A stretch of 32,000 nucleotides of DNA from Mucisphaera calidilacus (GTDB lineage: Bacteria; Planctomycetota; Phycisphaerae; Phycisphaerales; Phycisphaeraceae), in the NCBI RefSeq assembly GCF_007748075.1, contig NZ_CP036280.1:3300001-3332000 (forward strand). Direction: 5' to 3'. A program made the translations under genes and the position numbers. Below are positions 9,380 through 18,141 of the stretch, in pieces (the first letter of the stretch is position 1; each line of letters begins with the position of its first letter). The notes beneath the pieces are model-generated. The model was not told the DNA's origin. It ran no database searches and was given only the letters and a program-made list of their open reading frames with translations.

Positions 9380-9814
9380 ATGGTGATGCGTCTTTCGGTT
9401 CTGCTGGTCGGTCTGCTCTGCTGCGTCGCCGGGTGTCAATACACGGATGACGTCGCGATCGAAGGCAACGCCTTCTACCTCTACGGCGAGATGCGCCCGG
9501 GCACACGCTCGAGCATCGAGTCGATCATCGACGAGCGTGGCGGAACCATCACCGCCACCCTCACCGACGAAACCGCCATGGTCATCCAGGGCGAAGCGCC
9601 CCCCAGCGTCGAGCCGCTCGACCGCACCGAGGGAGGCGACGAGACCCTCACGCAGTGGGCGATTGATTCGACCTCCGCCCAGCACTACGACCACCTCACC
9701 ACACGCGTCGAGCGCATGGGCGTGACCGTCAAGTCACCCCGAACCTTCCTCCACCTCGCCACCCGCGAGGAAGTGAACTGGACCAAGGTGTTCACGCTCG
9801 GCATCGCCGACTAA
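9380..9814 (+). CDS. Small lipoprotein of unknown function embedded between pdhA and pdhB
   Basis: MVMRLSVLLVGLLCCVAGCQYTDD is a signal peptide with lipobox VAGC. The start is 9380 or 9386; the track ORF start at 9275 overlaps the pdhA 3' end and is unlikely. The mature part has a BRCT-like pattern (see findings). Confidence 0.6.
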   Translation: MVMRLSVLLVGLLCCVAGCQYTDDVAIEGNAFYLYGEMRPGTRSSIESIIDERGGTITATLTDETAMVIQGEAPPSVEPLDRTEGGDETLTQWAIDSTSAQHYDHLTTRVERMGVTVKSPRTFLHLATREEVNWTKVFTLGIAD

Positions 9815-9856
9815 GCCCTTCCAGGCCGACCCCCCGGCCGACCAGGAGATTGATGC

Positions 9857-10900
9857 ATGGTCGCAAGTGACCGCAAGCTGCAGTACCGAGAAGCCCTGCG
9901 TGAGGCCATGCAGGAAGAGATGCGACGCGACGAACGCGTCTTCCTCATGGGCGAAGAAGTCGCCGAGTACCACGGTGCCTATAAAGTCAGTCAGGGCATG
10001 GTCGAGGAATTCGGCCCGCGACGCATCGTTGACTCACCCATCTCCGAGACCGGCTTCGCCGGCCTCGGCGTCGGCGCCGCGATGTACGGCCTGCGACCCA
10101 TCATCGAGTTCATGAGCTGGTCCTTCTGCCTCGTCGCCGCCGACCAGATCATCAACAACGCCCCCAAGATGCTCTACATGTCCGGCGGACAGTTCGGCTG
10201 TCCTGCCGTGTTCCGAGGCAACAACGGCGCGGGCGGCCAGCTCGGCTCGACCCACTCGTGGTCCGTTGAATCCCTCTTCTCACACGTTCCCGGGCTCAAA
10301 CTCGCCGTCCCCTCCACCCCGCGCGACGCCAAGGGCCTGCTCAAGGCCGGCATCCGCGACGAGGACCCCTTCTTCAACCTCGAGTCCGAACGCATGCTCG
10401 GCATGGGCGCGCGAGGCGACAAGGACTTCTCACGCTACCTCAAGGGCGGCAAGTGGGCGCCACCCGAAGACGATGACGACTTCGTCATCGAGCTCGGCGT
10501 CGCCGACGTCAAGAAATCGGGCAGCGACTGCACCGTCGTCTCCGCGGGACGCCCGGTCCACTTCGCGCTCGAAGCCGCCGAGGCCCTCGAAAAAGAAGGC
10601 ATCGACGTCGAGGTCGTGGACGTGCGCACCTACCGGCCCCTCGACATCGAAACGATTGCTTCCTCGGTCAGGAAGACCAACTACGCCGTGGTCGTCGACC
10701 AGAGCTGGCCGTTCGCCTCGGTCGGCGCCGAGGTCGCGGCACAGATCTACGAACGCTGCTTCGACGACCTCGACAACCAGGTCATCCGCGTCCACAACGA
10801 CGACGTCCCAGCGCCCTACAACCGCGAGATGGAGCAGGCCTGCCTGCCGAACACGAAGAAGATCATCGAAGCCGTCAAGGCCGTGACGTACAACGCCTGA
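9857..10900 (+). CDS. pdhB: Pyruvate (2-oxoacid) dehydrogenase E1 component, beta subunit
   Basis: Transketolase-like pyrimidine-binding and C-terminal domains: REALREAMQEEMRRDERVFLMGEEVAEYHGAYKVSQG, DSPISETGFAGLGVGAAMYGLRPIIEFM, HSWSVESLFSHVPGLKLAVPSTPRDAKGLL. AGGAG lies 8 nt upstream. Confidence 0.9.
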   Translation: MVASDRKLQYREALREAMQEEMRRDERVFLMGEEVAEYHGAYKVSQGMVEEFGPRRIVDSPISETGFAGLGVGAAMYGLRPIIEFMSWSFCLVAADQIINNAPKMLYMSGGQFGCPAVFRGNNGAGGQLGSTHSWSVESLFSHVPGLKLAVPSTPRDAKGLLKAGIRDEDPFFNLESERMLGMGARGDKDFSRYLKGGKWAPPEDDDDFVIELGVADVKKSGSDCTVVSAGRPVHFALEAAEALEKEGIDVEVVDVRTYRPLDIETIASSVRKTNYAVVVDQSWPFASVGAEVAAQIYERCFDDLDNQVIRVHNDDVPAPYNREMEQACLPNTKKIIEAVKAVTYNA

Positions 10901-11000
10901 GCAGCGGGCTTCGTCATCCGAATCGATCTCGGGGGGAAGATGGGCCAGCGGACACCCGCTAGAATGCCCTCTCACCTGGTTACCTGAGGAGACCGCTTCC

Positions 11001-12323
11001 ATGCCGATCACGATAGAGATGCCACGACTCTCCGACACCATGGAAGAGGGAACCCTCCTCAAGTGGAACGTCGGCGTCGGCGACAAGGTCTCCGCGGGCG
11101 ACCACCTCGCGGACGTCGAGACCGACAAGGCCACCATGGAACTCCAGGCCTTCGAGGACGGCACCGTCGCCAGGATCCAGATCAACGAGGGCGACACCGT
11201 TCCGATCGGCGAGGTCATCATGGTCCTCGCCGGCGATGGCGAGTCGGTTGAAGACGCCGCCGCCGCCGAGGCTCCCTCGAGTGGTGATGCCGAAGGACCG
11301 CAAGCCGATGCGGACGACACATCATCCGATGACGCGGCCGCCGACGAGCCCGCGAAGTCTGCAGAGAGCGCTTCGGCCCCCAAGCCGTCCGGCGGCAAGA
11401 TCAAGGTCAGCCCGCTCGCCCGCAAACTCGCCGAGGAGAAAGGCGTCGACCTCGCCAGCATTCAGGGCACCGGTCCCGACGGACGCATCATCAAGCGTGA
11501 CATCCTCAAGGCCGCAGAGGGCGGCTCCCAGCAGTCAGGCTCCGCTCCGGCCAGCGAGGGCGTCATCAGCACCGAACCCATCGGAGCCGGCACCGCCGCG
11601 CCCGCCACCGCAGCCACGTCACTCGAGGCCAAGACCATCAAGCTCTCGGGCATGCGCAAGACCATCGCCCGCCGACTCGTCGAGAGCAAGACGACCGTCC
11701 CCCACTTCTCCGTCTCGGCCGCCGTCTCCATGGACGCGCTGCTCGAACTCCGCTCGACGCTCAACCAGCAGCTTGATGCCCAGAACGTCAAGCTCTCGGT
11801 GAACGACTTCATCCTCCGTGCCGTCGCGCTCGCCGCGGTTCAGCACCCCGTGGTCAACAGCTCCTGGGGCGGTGATTCGATCCAGCAGCACGGCACCGTG
11901 AACATCGGCATCGCCGTCGCCCTGCCCGAAGAGCGTGGCGGCGGACTCGTTGTGCCCGTCATCAACGACGTCCAGAACAAGGGTCTTCGCCAGATCTCGG
12001 CCGAGACCAAGGCGCTGGCCAAGAAGGCCCGCGAAACCGGCCTATCGCCCGAGGAGATGTCCGGCTCCACCATCGCGGTCTCCAACATCGGCATGTATGG
12101 CTCCGAGATGGTCGTGCCGATCATCAACCCGCCGAATGCCGTCATCATGGGCATCGGCGCAGCGCTGCAGCAGGCCGTGGTCAAGGATGGGCAGATCGTC
12201 CCAGGCTACGTCATGCGGGTCACGCTCTCGGGCGACCACCGCGTCGTCGACGGCGCGACCGCTGCCGAGTACCTCCAGACGCTCACCAGCATGCTCGAAC
12301 AACCCGCCGGCCTGCTGGTCTGA
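11001..12323 (+). CDS. pdhC: Dihydrolipoamide acetyltransferase (E2 component)
   Basis: N-terminal lipoyl domain (DVETDKATMELQAFEDG) followed by an Ala/Pro/Ser-rich linker. Then the peripheral subunit-binding domain (VSPLARKLAEEKGVDLASIQGTGPDGRIIKRDI) and a catalytic domain with DHRVVDG. GAGGAG lies upstream. Confidence 0.9.
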   Translation: MPITIEMPRLSDTMEEGTLLKWNVGVGDKVSAGDHLADVETDKATMELQAFEDGTVARIQINEGDTVPIGEVIMVLAGDGESVEDAAAAEAPSSGDAEGPQADADDTSSDDAAADEPAKSAESASAPKPSGGKIKVSPLARKLAEEKGVDLASIQGTGPDGRIIKRDILKAAEGGSQQSGSAPASEGVISTEPIGAGTAAPATAATSLEAKTIKLSGMRKTIARRLVESKTTVPHFSVSAAVSMDALLELRSTLNQQLDAQNVKLSVNDFILRAVALAAVQHPVVNSSWGGDSIQQHGTVNIGIAVALPEERGGGLVVPVINDVQNKGLRQISAETKALAKKARETGLSPEEMSGSTIAVSNIGMYGSEMVVPIINPPNAVIMGIGAALQQAVVKDGQIVPGYVMRVTLSGDHRVVDGATAAEYLQTLTSMLEQPAGLLV

Positions 12324-12346
12324 ACACCGCGATCTCACCTGGCGCA

Positions 12347-12381
12347 CAAAAAACCCGTCGGCAAACGCCGACGGGTTTCTT
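12347..12381. terminator. Bidirectional rho-independent terminator between convergent pdhC and the PEP-CTERM gene
   Basis: Perfect 10-bp stem ACCCGTCGGC-AAAC-GCCGACGGGT. It is flanked by AAAAAA on the 5' side (a U-tract for the minus strand) and TTCTTAT on the 3' side. Confidence 0.7.
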
Positions 12382-12401
12382 ATGGTTGTCATCTCTGTCG
12401 A

Positions 12402-13217
12402 TCAGCGGGCGCGACGCGTCGCGAGTGCCATCAGACCGAGGATGCCCGCACCGAAGGCAGCAGGCGTCGGAATGATGTTTGGCTCGAAATCATACGAGGC
12501 GCTGTAGCCGTCATGCCGAATGCTGACGTCGTCGAAGTAGGTCAGCATGCCCTGGTTGTAGGTTCCCACGCCGATGGAGACCTGAAGCAGTTCCGCGGAG
12601 AGCGCGTCGGTGTTCGCGGCGTTCAGCCACTGGTTCAGGGTCCAGAGCGGCGGGCCACCTCCACCGTTAGGCGTGCCGAAGCCGCCGGTGCCCCAGAACA
12701 GTCCGTTGTCAGCATCGATGTTGACCGTCTGCCAGTCGCCCGTCGGCACCGCGAGGCTTGCGCCGGGGTTACTCGGCTGGTTCCAGGTCGGTTCGTAGAT
12801 CAGCGTGATGAAACCATCGGGATCCTGCGTGGGCGTGGGGTTGAAGATGGTCAGCTTGAGTGACGGCGCCGCGAAAGCATTGCCGCCGCCCACCGCCTCC
12901 TTGTAGTAGCTGTAACTGAACGACAGCGTGCTGGTGATGTCCCCCATCGCGCCGTAGCTGTCCGCCACACCCACCTCGGCCTTGTCATCGTTGCTGAAGC
13001 CGGTCGTCAGCTTCGCGGCACCGATCGGCAGCGGCTGATTGGCTTCCAGATTCCCACCCGCGCCGGTCAGGTCCTCGATGCTCGCGACACCGCCGGCACG
13101 CACGTCATTCTCGTACCAGACACCCGGGCTCGGCGTGGAAGCAAACTCGTTAACCTCGATGCCGTACGCGGCTGTCGTGCACGCCACCATCAAAACCGCA
13201 GCAGTCGTTACTCTCAT
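12402..13217 (-). CDS. PEP-CTERM sorting-domain secreted protein (paralogous tail to 754..1659)
   Basis: Preferred ATG is 13217 (MRVTTAAVLMVACTTAAYG signal peptide, GAGAGGAAAGAG upstream). The C-terminus IPTPAAFGAGILGLMALATRRAR is near-identical in pattern to the tail of the 754..1659 protein. Confidence 0.8.
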   Translation of the reverse strand: MRVTTAAVLMVACTTAAYGIEVNEFASTPSPGVWYENDVRAGGVASIEDLTGAGGNLEANQPLPIGAAKLTTGFSNDDKAEVGVADSYGAMGDITSTLSFSYSYYKEAVGGGNAFAAPSLKLTIFNPTPTQDPDGFITLIYEPTWNQPSNPGASLAVPTGDWQTVNIDADNGLFWGTGGFGTPNGGGGPPLWTLNQWLNAANTDALSAELLQVSIGVGTYNQGMLTYFDDVSIRHDGYSASYDFEPNIIPTPAAFGAGILGLMALATRRAR

Positions 13218-13393
13218 GACTCTTTCCTCTCGCGTTGAATGTTGCTGATTCAGGTCTTCCCAACCTGTCATTCAAACGAGTGCACGGGCACGCGTCAACG
13301 ATAAAGTGCACTGATGCGCAAATAAACCGAGTTGGGCGCTAATAACGGCGCAGTCTCCAGCTCTCTGCCGCAGCCTGCTGACGCGGAAAGCGC

Positions 13394-14299
13394 TCAACTC
13401 TTTCTGTCCTGGGACGCCCGGCTCAGGTACTCGATCTTCGCCGACAGCGTCTTGTGATAGTTCAGCGGCACACGCATGGCACCCAGCTTCGCGCCGTGCT
13501 CTTTGCCATGGAAGTCTGATCCACCCGTCATCAGCAACCCCAGCCTTCTTGCATGGTGTGCCAGACCCTGACGCGTCCCCGCCTTCTGATCCGGGTGGAT
13601 GACCTCCACCCCCTGAAGACCCAACTCCCTCAGCCGGATCAACGCCCTGCCCAGAAGGTCACGGTCACGAGTCAGCTGTATCGGATGGGCCAGCACCGCG
13701 ACGCCGCCCGCGGCGCGGATCGTCTCGATCGCCCGCCCCGCCGACAACGCGTCCTTGCGCACGTAAGCCGGCGCACCTTCGCCGATGTAGCGACGAAACG
13801 CCTCGTGATGCGACCGCACATACCCCCTCTCCTGCAGCACCGCCGCGATGTGCGGCCGGCCGACGACGTTCGAACCGGTCGCGCTCGCCGAGGCCACCAC
13901 CTGCTCGTACGAGATCTTCACCCCCAGCGAATTGAGCCGGTCCACGATCTCCGGGTTCCGCTCGTTGCGGGCGTTGGCCAGCTCGTCGCACACCGCCTGA
14001 AGCGACGTGTCCGCCTCGTCGATGCCATATCCCAGAACGTGCAGCGTCCCCCAGTGGGCGTGCTCGTGGCGTTCGAGGATCGAGAACGGGTTCGCCGACA
14101 GCTCGATGCCCGGCAGAAACCCGATGCCAAGCCGCTCCGCGGCCGCGCGGGCGTCGGCGACACCCGCCGTGGTGTCGTGGTCCGTTAACGCGAACGCGCC
14201 CAGTCCCGCGGTCTGGGCAATCGAGGCAAGCTCGGACGGCGGGGTCAGACCGTCTGAAGCGGTCGAGTGGGCGTGCAGGTCACAGGTCTCGGTCGGCAT
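13394..14299 (-). CDS. PHP-domain phosphoesterase (TrpH/YciV-like)
   Basis: N-terminal CDLHAHSTASDG...ALTDHDTTAG metal-binding motifs, with later His motifs (LAHP, GGSDFHG). Start is ATG 14299 or the adjacent GTG 14302. Confidence 0.8.
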   Translation of the reverse strand: MPTETCDLHAHSTASDGLTPPSELASIAQTAGLGAFALTDHDTTAGVADARAAAERLGIGFLPGIELSANPFSILERHEHAHWGTLHVLGYGIDEADTSLQAVCDELANARNERNPEIVDRLNSLGVKISYEQVVASASATGSNVVGRPHIAAVLQERGYVRSHHEAFRRYIGEGAPAYVRKDALSAGRAIETIRAAGGVAVLAHPIQLTRDRDLLGRALIRLRELGLQGVEVIHPDQKAGTRQGLAHHARRLGLLMTGGSDFHGKEHGAKLGAMRVPLNYHKTLSAKIEYLSRASQDRKS

Positions 14300-14466
14300 C
14301 ACACCATGTTAGGTCAAGGATCAGGCGTGGAACGATGGAATCACGAGCCTTCCCCGCCGGTTGTTTCAGAGAAGGGTGAAGCAAGGCACGCTTCTGCCCC
14401 GATACTTTCTTTCATGGGCCGGCGTCCCCAACGCCAACTCGGTTCGAGAACAGGAGTCCCCTGAAT

Positions 14467-14994
14467 ATGTGCCCCTACCTCACGGAACCGGTCGACCACC
14501 TGCTGCGACCGTTATTCGAGAAACGCACCATCAACGAAACCATGCCAGGCCTCGTTACGCAGGGGCCGGGCGACCCCGAACTCGTCAACCTCGTCCGCGA
14601 CTACGTCCGGCAGGAACCCATCGCCAGCAAGCCCGAACTCGTCGCGGCCCTCTGGCTCTACGTCGACGAACTCGACGAGAGCCACAAGGTCAGCCAGGGG
14701 ATCGAGACCCCCACCGGCAGCTACTGGCACGCCATCATGCACCGCCGCGAGGGTGATTTCGACAACGCCAGGCACTGGTACCGCCGCGTCGGCATCCACC
14801 CCGCCCAGAGCCGCATCACCTCCGCGGGTGGCGGCGCCGGCTCCGGGACCGCCATCGGGCCCTTCGATCCCATCGACTTCGTCGACCGCGTGGAACGTGC
14901 CGTCCGCCGAGGCGACACCGATCTGCCCGAACTCGTCGCGATTCAACGCCGCGAGTGGCGTACGCTCTTTGAGTGGTGCCTGGAACACCTCTAA
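14467..14994 (+). CDS. Conserved hypothetical protein
   Basis: 175-codon ORF with protein-like composition and a distinctive block ESHKVSQG...GSYWHAIMHRREGDFDNARHWYRRVGIHP. I recognise no assignable family. The start is uncertain (an alternative Met lies at codon 26). Confidence 0.5.
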   Translation: MCPYLTEPVDHLLRPLFEKRTINETMPGLVTQGPGDPELVNLVRDYVRQEPIASKPELVAALWLYVDELDESHKVSQGIETPTGSYWHAIMHRREGDFDNARHWYRRVGIHPAQSRITSAGGGAGSGTAIGPFDPIDFVDRVERAVRRGDTDLPELVAIQRREWRTLFEWCLEHL

Positions 14995-15380
14995 CCCGAT
15001 CCCAGACCGCTCCCGTCTTCTTCTTCGATGGTGACTGCGGATTCTGCCAGCGATCCGTCCTCATGCTCATCCGCATGGACCCGGCCCGTGTGCTGCGCTT
15101 CGCGCCCCTCGCCGGCGAAACCGCCCGAACCCTCAACATCCCCGATGAACCGGGTGGCGGCACCGCCGTCTACCGCGACGCGCAGGGCACCGTCTGGCGC
15201 CTCAGCGACGCACCCCTCCGCGCACTCCGCGACACCGCCAGCCTCTGGAGCTGGACCGCGTGGCTCGGCTGGTGGGTGCCCCGACCCGTCCGCGACGCCG
15301 TCTACCGCTGGATTGCCAAACGCCGTCGGGGCCTGGTCACCACCTGCGTGCCCCTGCCCGAGGGACGGGTGCTCGCCTGA
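14973..15380 (+). CDS. Thiol-disulfide oxidoreductase DCC family protein (DUF393)
   Basis: PVFFFDGDCGFCQRSV carries the DGxCxxC signature near the N-terminus. GTG start (14973 or 14976) overlaps the upstream gene by about 20 nt. Confidence 0.75.
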   Translation: MVPGTPLTRSQTAPVFFFDGDCGFCQRSVLMLIRMDPARVLRFAPLAGETARTLNIPDEPGGGTAVYRDAQGTVWRLSDAPLRALRDTASLWSWTAWLGWWVPRPVRDAVYRWIAKRRRGLVTTCVPLPEGRVLA

Positions 15381-15383
15381 GAC

Positions 15384-16235
15384 TCACGCCGAGGGCTCGT
15401 GCGTGATGAAGTGCTGCGTCACCACAATGATGTCGTACATCGCGTGCGTCCCCGCCACGATCCCGAAGCCACGGAGCACGAAGACGCCCGAGAAGTAGAG
15501 ACCCGCAAACATGTAGAAGCCAAACCGGTACCAGTCGTGCGCGGTCCAGTCGAGCGGGTTCATCACGTCGAAGTGATAGACCGCGAACAACACCGCCGAG
15601 AGGATGACCGCCGACAGCGAACTCGCCGGCTCCGGCAACGCGAGCAGATCAGACAGAACCATGTGGATCAGCGAGATCGCGATCAGCCGAAACAGCAGCT
15701 CCTCGTAGATCCCCGCACCGATCGAAAACACCACGCCCTCCGGCCAGCTCGAAATACTCGCCAACGCGTCCGAGTTCGGCGACGCGGCGAGCATCGCCAA
15801 CTGCTCGGCGTCGGGCGGGTTGATCGGCTGCCGGAAGATCGTCGCCATCAGGATGATCAGCGGGATCGCCAGAAAAACCGACTCCACCCACATCAGACCC
15901 AGGGTCTTCGGCGCGGTCTTCCAGGGATCACGCCGGACCACGTGCCACACCAGCAACACCACCGTCACCAGGATGCCCGGCAGGTAATAGCCCGACACGC
16001 CCAGAACGTGGAAGAAGTCCGACATCAGCCGCTCCGCAAAAATCGGCGGCAGCCGCGTCCCGTGCGCCGGCGCAAGCCACCACGCGCCGAGCTCGTAAAT
16101 CACCAGCAGAGGCAGCAGAAAGAGCAGCGACTGCAGGGGCCAGCGGGTCTGCTCCCAGTAGGTCGGGTTGGCGCTCGGCTTCGGGATGTCCCGGTTGGCT
16201 CTGGCCATGGCGTGATCAGAATTCGAGGACCGCAT
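15384..16235 (-). CDS. CPBP family intramembrane glutamic endopeptidase (CAAX protease-like)
   Basis: Multi-pass membrane protein with motif 1 YEELLFR (EExxxR), motif 2 FAVYH (FxxxH) and motif 3 HAMYD (HxxxD). ATG 16235 overlaps the apt stop by 20 nt. The alternative ATG at 16208 would leave a 7-nt gap. Confidence 0.8.
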   Translation of the reverse strand: MRSSNSDHAMARANRDIPKPSANPTYWEQTRWPLQSLLFLLPLLVIYELGAWWLAPAHGTRLPPIFAERLMSDFFHVLGVSGYYLPGILVTVVLLVWHVVRRDPWKTAPKTLGLMWVESVFLAIPLIILMATIFRQPINPPDAEQLAMLAASPNSDALASISSWPEGVVFSIGAGIYEELLFRLIAISLIHMVLSDLLALPEPASSLSAVILSAVLFAVYHFDVMNPLDWTAHDWYRFGFYMFAGLYFSGVFVLRGFGIVAGTHAMYDIIVVTQHFITHEPSA

Positions 16236-16734
16236 GAATGTCGATCGGCCCGCCGATGTGCTCGCGACCCTTGAGCGCCAGCAACTCGATCAGCACCGTG
16301 ATCCCCACGATCTCTGCCCCGATGCCCGACACCAGATCGCAGCACGCCTTCATCGTGCCCCCCGTCGCCAGAAGATCATCCACCATCAGGATCTTCTCGC
16401 CCGGGTGCACCGCGTCGGCGTGGATCTCGAGGGTGTCCGAGCCGTACTCGAGGTCGTACGAAATCGCCTTCGTCTCCGCCGGCAGCTTGCCCGGCTTGCG
16501 GATCGGCACGAAACCCGCAGAAAGAGCCTGAGCGATCGCCGTCCCGAAGATAAACCCGCGTGACTCGGCCCCGCACACCTTCTGGATGCCCTGGCCGCGG
16601 TAAGGCGAGGCCATCATCTCGACCGCCAGAGCCAGACCGGCGGGGCTGCCCAGCAGCGGCGTGATGTCTTTGAACAGAATGCCCGGCTTCGGGAAGTCGG
16701 GGATGTCACGGATCAGGTCGGTGAGCTGGAGCAT
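16216..16734 (-). CDS. apt: Adenine phosphoribosyltransferase
   Basis: The last 172 codons of track ORF 16216..17874 read MLQLTDLIRDIPDFPKPGILFKDITPLL...GAESRGFIFG...ILMVDDLLATGGTMKA (PRPP-binding motif). The rest of that ORF is antisense to murA and was discarded. Confidence 0.9.
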   Translation of the reverse strand: MLQLTDLIRDIPDFPKPGILFKDITPLLGSPAGLALAVEMMASPYRGQGIQKVCGAESRGFIFGTAIAQALSAGFVPIRKPGKLPAETKAISYDLEYGSDTLEIHADAVHPGEKILMVDDLLATGGTMKACCDLVSGIGAEIVGITVLIELLALKGREHIGGPIDIHAVLEF

Positions 16735-16827
16735 GGCGTTCTCGGGCTGGGGTTTCGGCGGACACGCCAATGGTAGAAGATTTGGCACAGGTTGATGAGC
16801 CGGTGGTGATGTGGGACTTTGCCGACT

Positions 16828-18141
16828 ATGGATGCATTTGTCATTGAAGGCGGCCGACCCCTCCGCGGATCGGTCCGGGTCAACGGTTCCAAGAACGCCT
16901 CGCTGCCCCTCATGGCCGCGGCACTCCTCACCGACGAACCCGTCACCCTCCACGACGTGCCCCGGCTCTCGGACATCGGGAACATGGTCCGACTGCTCGA
17001 GGCTCTCGGCTGCACGGTCGAACGACCCGAAAACGCAGGCCGACTCAGCCTCCACGTCACCGACGACACACGCGTCGAGGCCCACTACGACATCGTCCGA
17101 ACCATGCGCGCCGGGATCTGCGTCCTCGGACCCCTCCTCGCCCGACGCGGACGGGCACGCGTCTCCATGCCAGGCGGATGCGCTATCGGCGACCGACCCG
17201 TCGACCTCCACCTCCGCGGGCTCAGGGCGCTCGGCGCCGAAATCCACCTCGAAGGCGGCTACATCGTCGCCACCTCCCCCGCCAACGGGACCGAACGCCT
17301 CCGCGGACGGAGCGTCTTCCTCGGCGGGCCCAACGGCTCCACCGTCCTCGGCACCGCCAACGTCATGTCCGCCGCGGCCCTCGCCGAGGGTGTCACCGTC
17401 ATCGAGTCCGCAGCATGCGAGCCCGAGGTCGAAGACCTCGCCGGCATGCTCAACGGCATGGGCGCGAAGATCACCGGCGCCGGCACGCCACGCATCACCA
17501 TCGAGGGCGTCGAGCGGCTCAGCAGCGTCGATCACACCGTCATGCCCGACCGCATCGAGGCCGGAACCTACGTCATCGCCTCCGCCATCACCAACGGCGA
17601 CATCGAGCTTGAGAACTACCCCGGCCAGACGCTCCTCGCCCTGCACGACCGACTCGAACAGGTCGGCGTCGAGGTCACCCCCGACGAAGCAGGCGACGGC
17701 TGGCGGCAGAGGGTCCGCATCAGCACCCGCCGACGACTCGAGCCGGTCCACGTCGTCACCCAGCCCCACCCCGGATTCCCGACCGACCTCCAGGCTCAGC
17801 TGATGGCCCTGCTCTGCCTCGCCGACGGCAACTCGATGGTGACCGAGAAGATCTTCCCCGACCGATTCCTCCACGTCGCAGAACTCCTCCGCATGGGCGC
17901 GAACCTGACCCGAACCGGGCCGAGTGTTCTCGTCTCCGGCGTCGGCGAACTCGTCGGCGCGCCGGTGATGGCGTCCGACCTCCGCGCCTCAGCCGGTCTG
18001 GTGCTTGCCGGCCTGGCGGCACGCGGGACGACCATCATCCGGCGGGTCTACCACCTCGACCGCGGCTACGAACGCATGGAACGGACACTCCAGGAACTCG
18101 GCGCGACCATCGAACGCGTCGATCAGGAAACCCTCGCGTGA
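16828..18141 (+). CDS. murA: UDP-N-acetylglucosamine 1-carboxyvinyltransferase
   Basis: MDAFVIEGGRPLRGSVRVNGSKNASLPLMAAALLTDEPVTLHDVPRLSDI is collinear with the MurA N-terminus. Also contains CAIGDRPVDLHL (active-site Cys loop) and a C-terminal HLDRGYERMERTL. ATG 16828 is preferred over the track TTG at 16819. Confidence 0.9.
   Translation: MDAFVIEGGRPLRGSVRVNGSKNASLPLMAAALLTDEPVTLHDVPRLSDIGNMVRLLEALGCTVERPENAGRLSLHVTDDTRVEAHYDIVRTMRAGICVLGPLLARRGRARVSMPGGCAIGDRPVDLHLRGLRALGAEIHLEGGYIVATSPANGTERLRGRSVFLGGPNGSTVLGTANVMSAAALAEGVTVIESAACEPEVEDLAGMLNGMGAKITGAGTPRITIEGVERLSSVDHTVMPDRIEAGTYVIASAITNGDIELENYPGQTLLALHDRLEQVGVEVTPDEAGDGWRQRVRISTRRRLEPVHVVTQPHPGFPTDLQAQLMALLCLADGNSMVTEKIFPDRFLHVAELLRMGANLTRTGPSVLVSGVGELVGAPVMASDLRASAGLVLAGLAARGTTIIRRVYHLDRGYERMERTLQELGATIERVDQETLA

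Noticed and set aside
10430-11461. 343-aa minus-strand ORF across pdhB and pdhC, and similar shadows at 15399-16274 (+), 19585-20466 (-), 21491-22312 (-) and 25890-26834 (-)
   Set aside because: All are antisense or out of frame relative to motif-supported genes and have low-complexity Ser/Ala/Pro/Arg-rich products.
14430-14466. GGTTCGAG word reminiscent of a tRNA T-arm
   Set aside because: The flanking bases do not form a T-stem, and no acceptor or anticodon arms can be drawn.
16735-17874. Upstream 380 codons of the 552-aa track ORF that ends in apt
   Set aside because: Only the last 172 codons resemble adenine phosphoribosyltransferase, and they begin at a proper Met. The remainder is Gly/Asp/Ala/Val-rich and antisense to murA.
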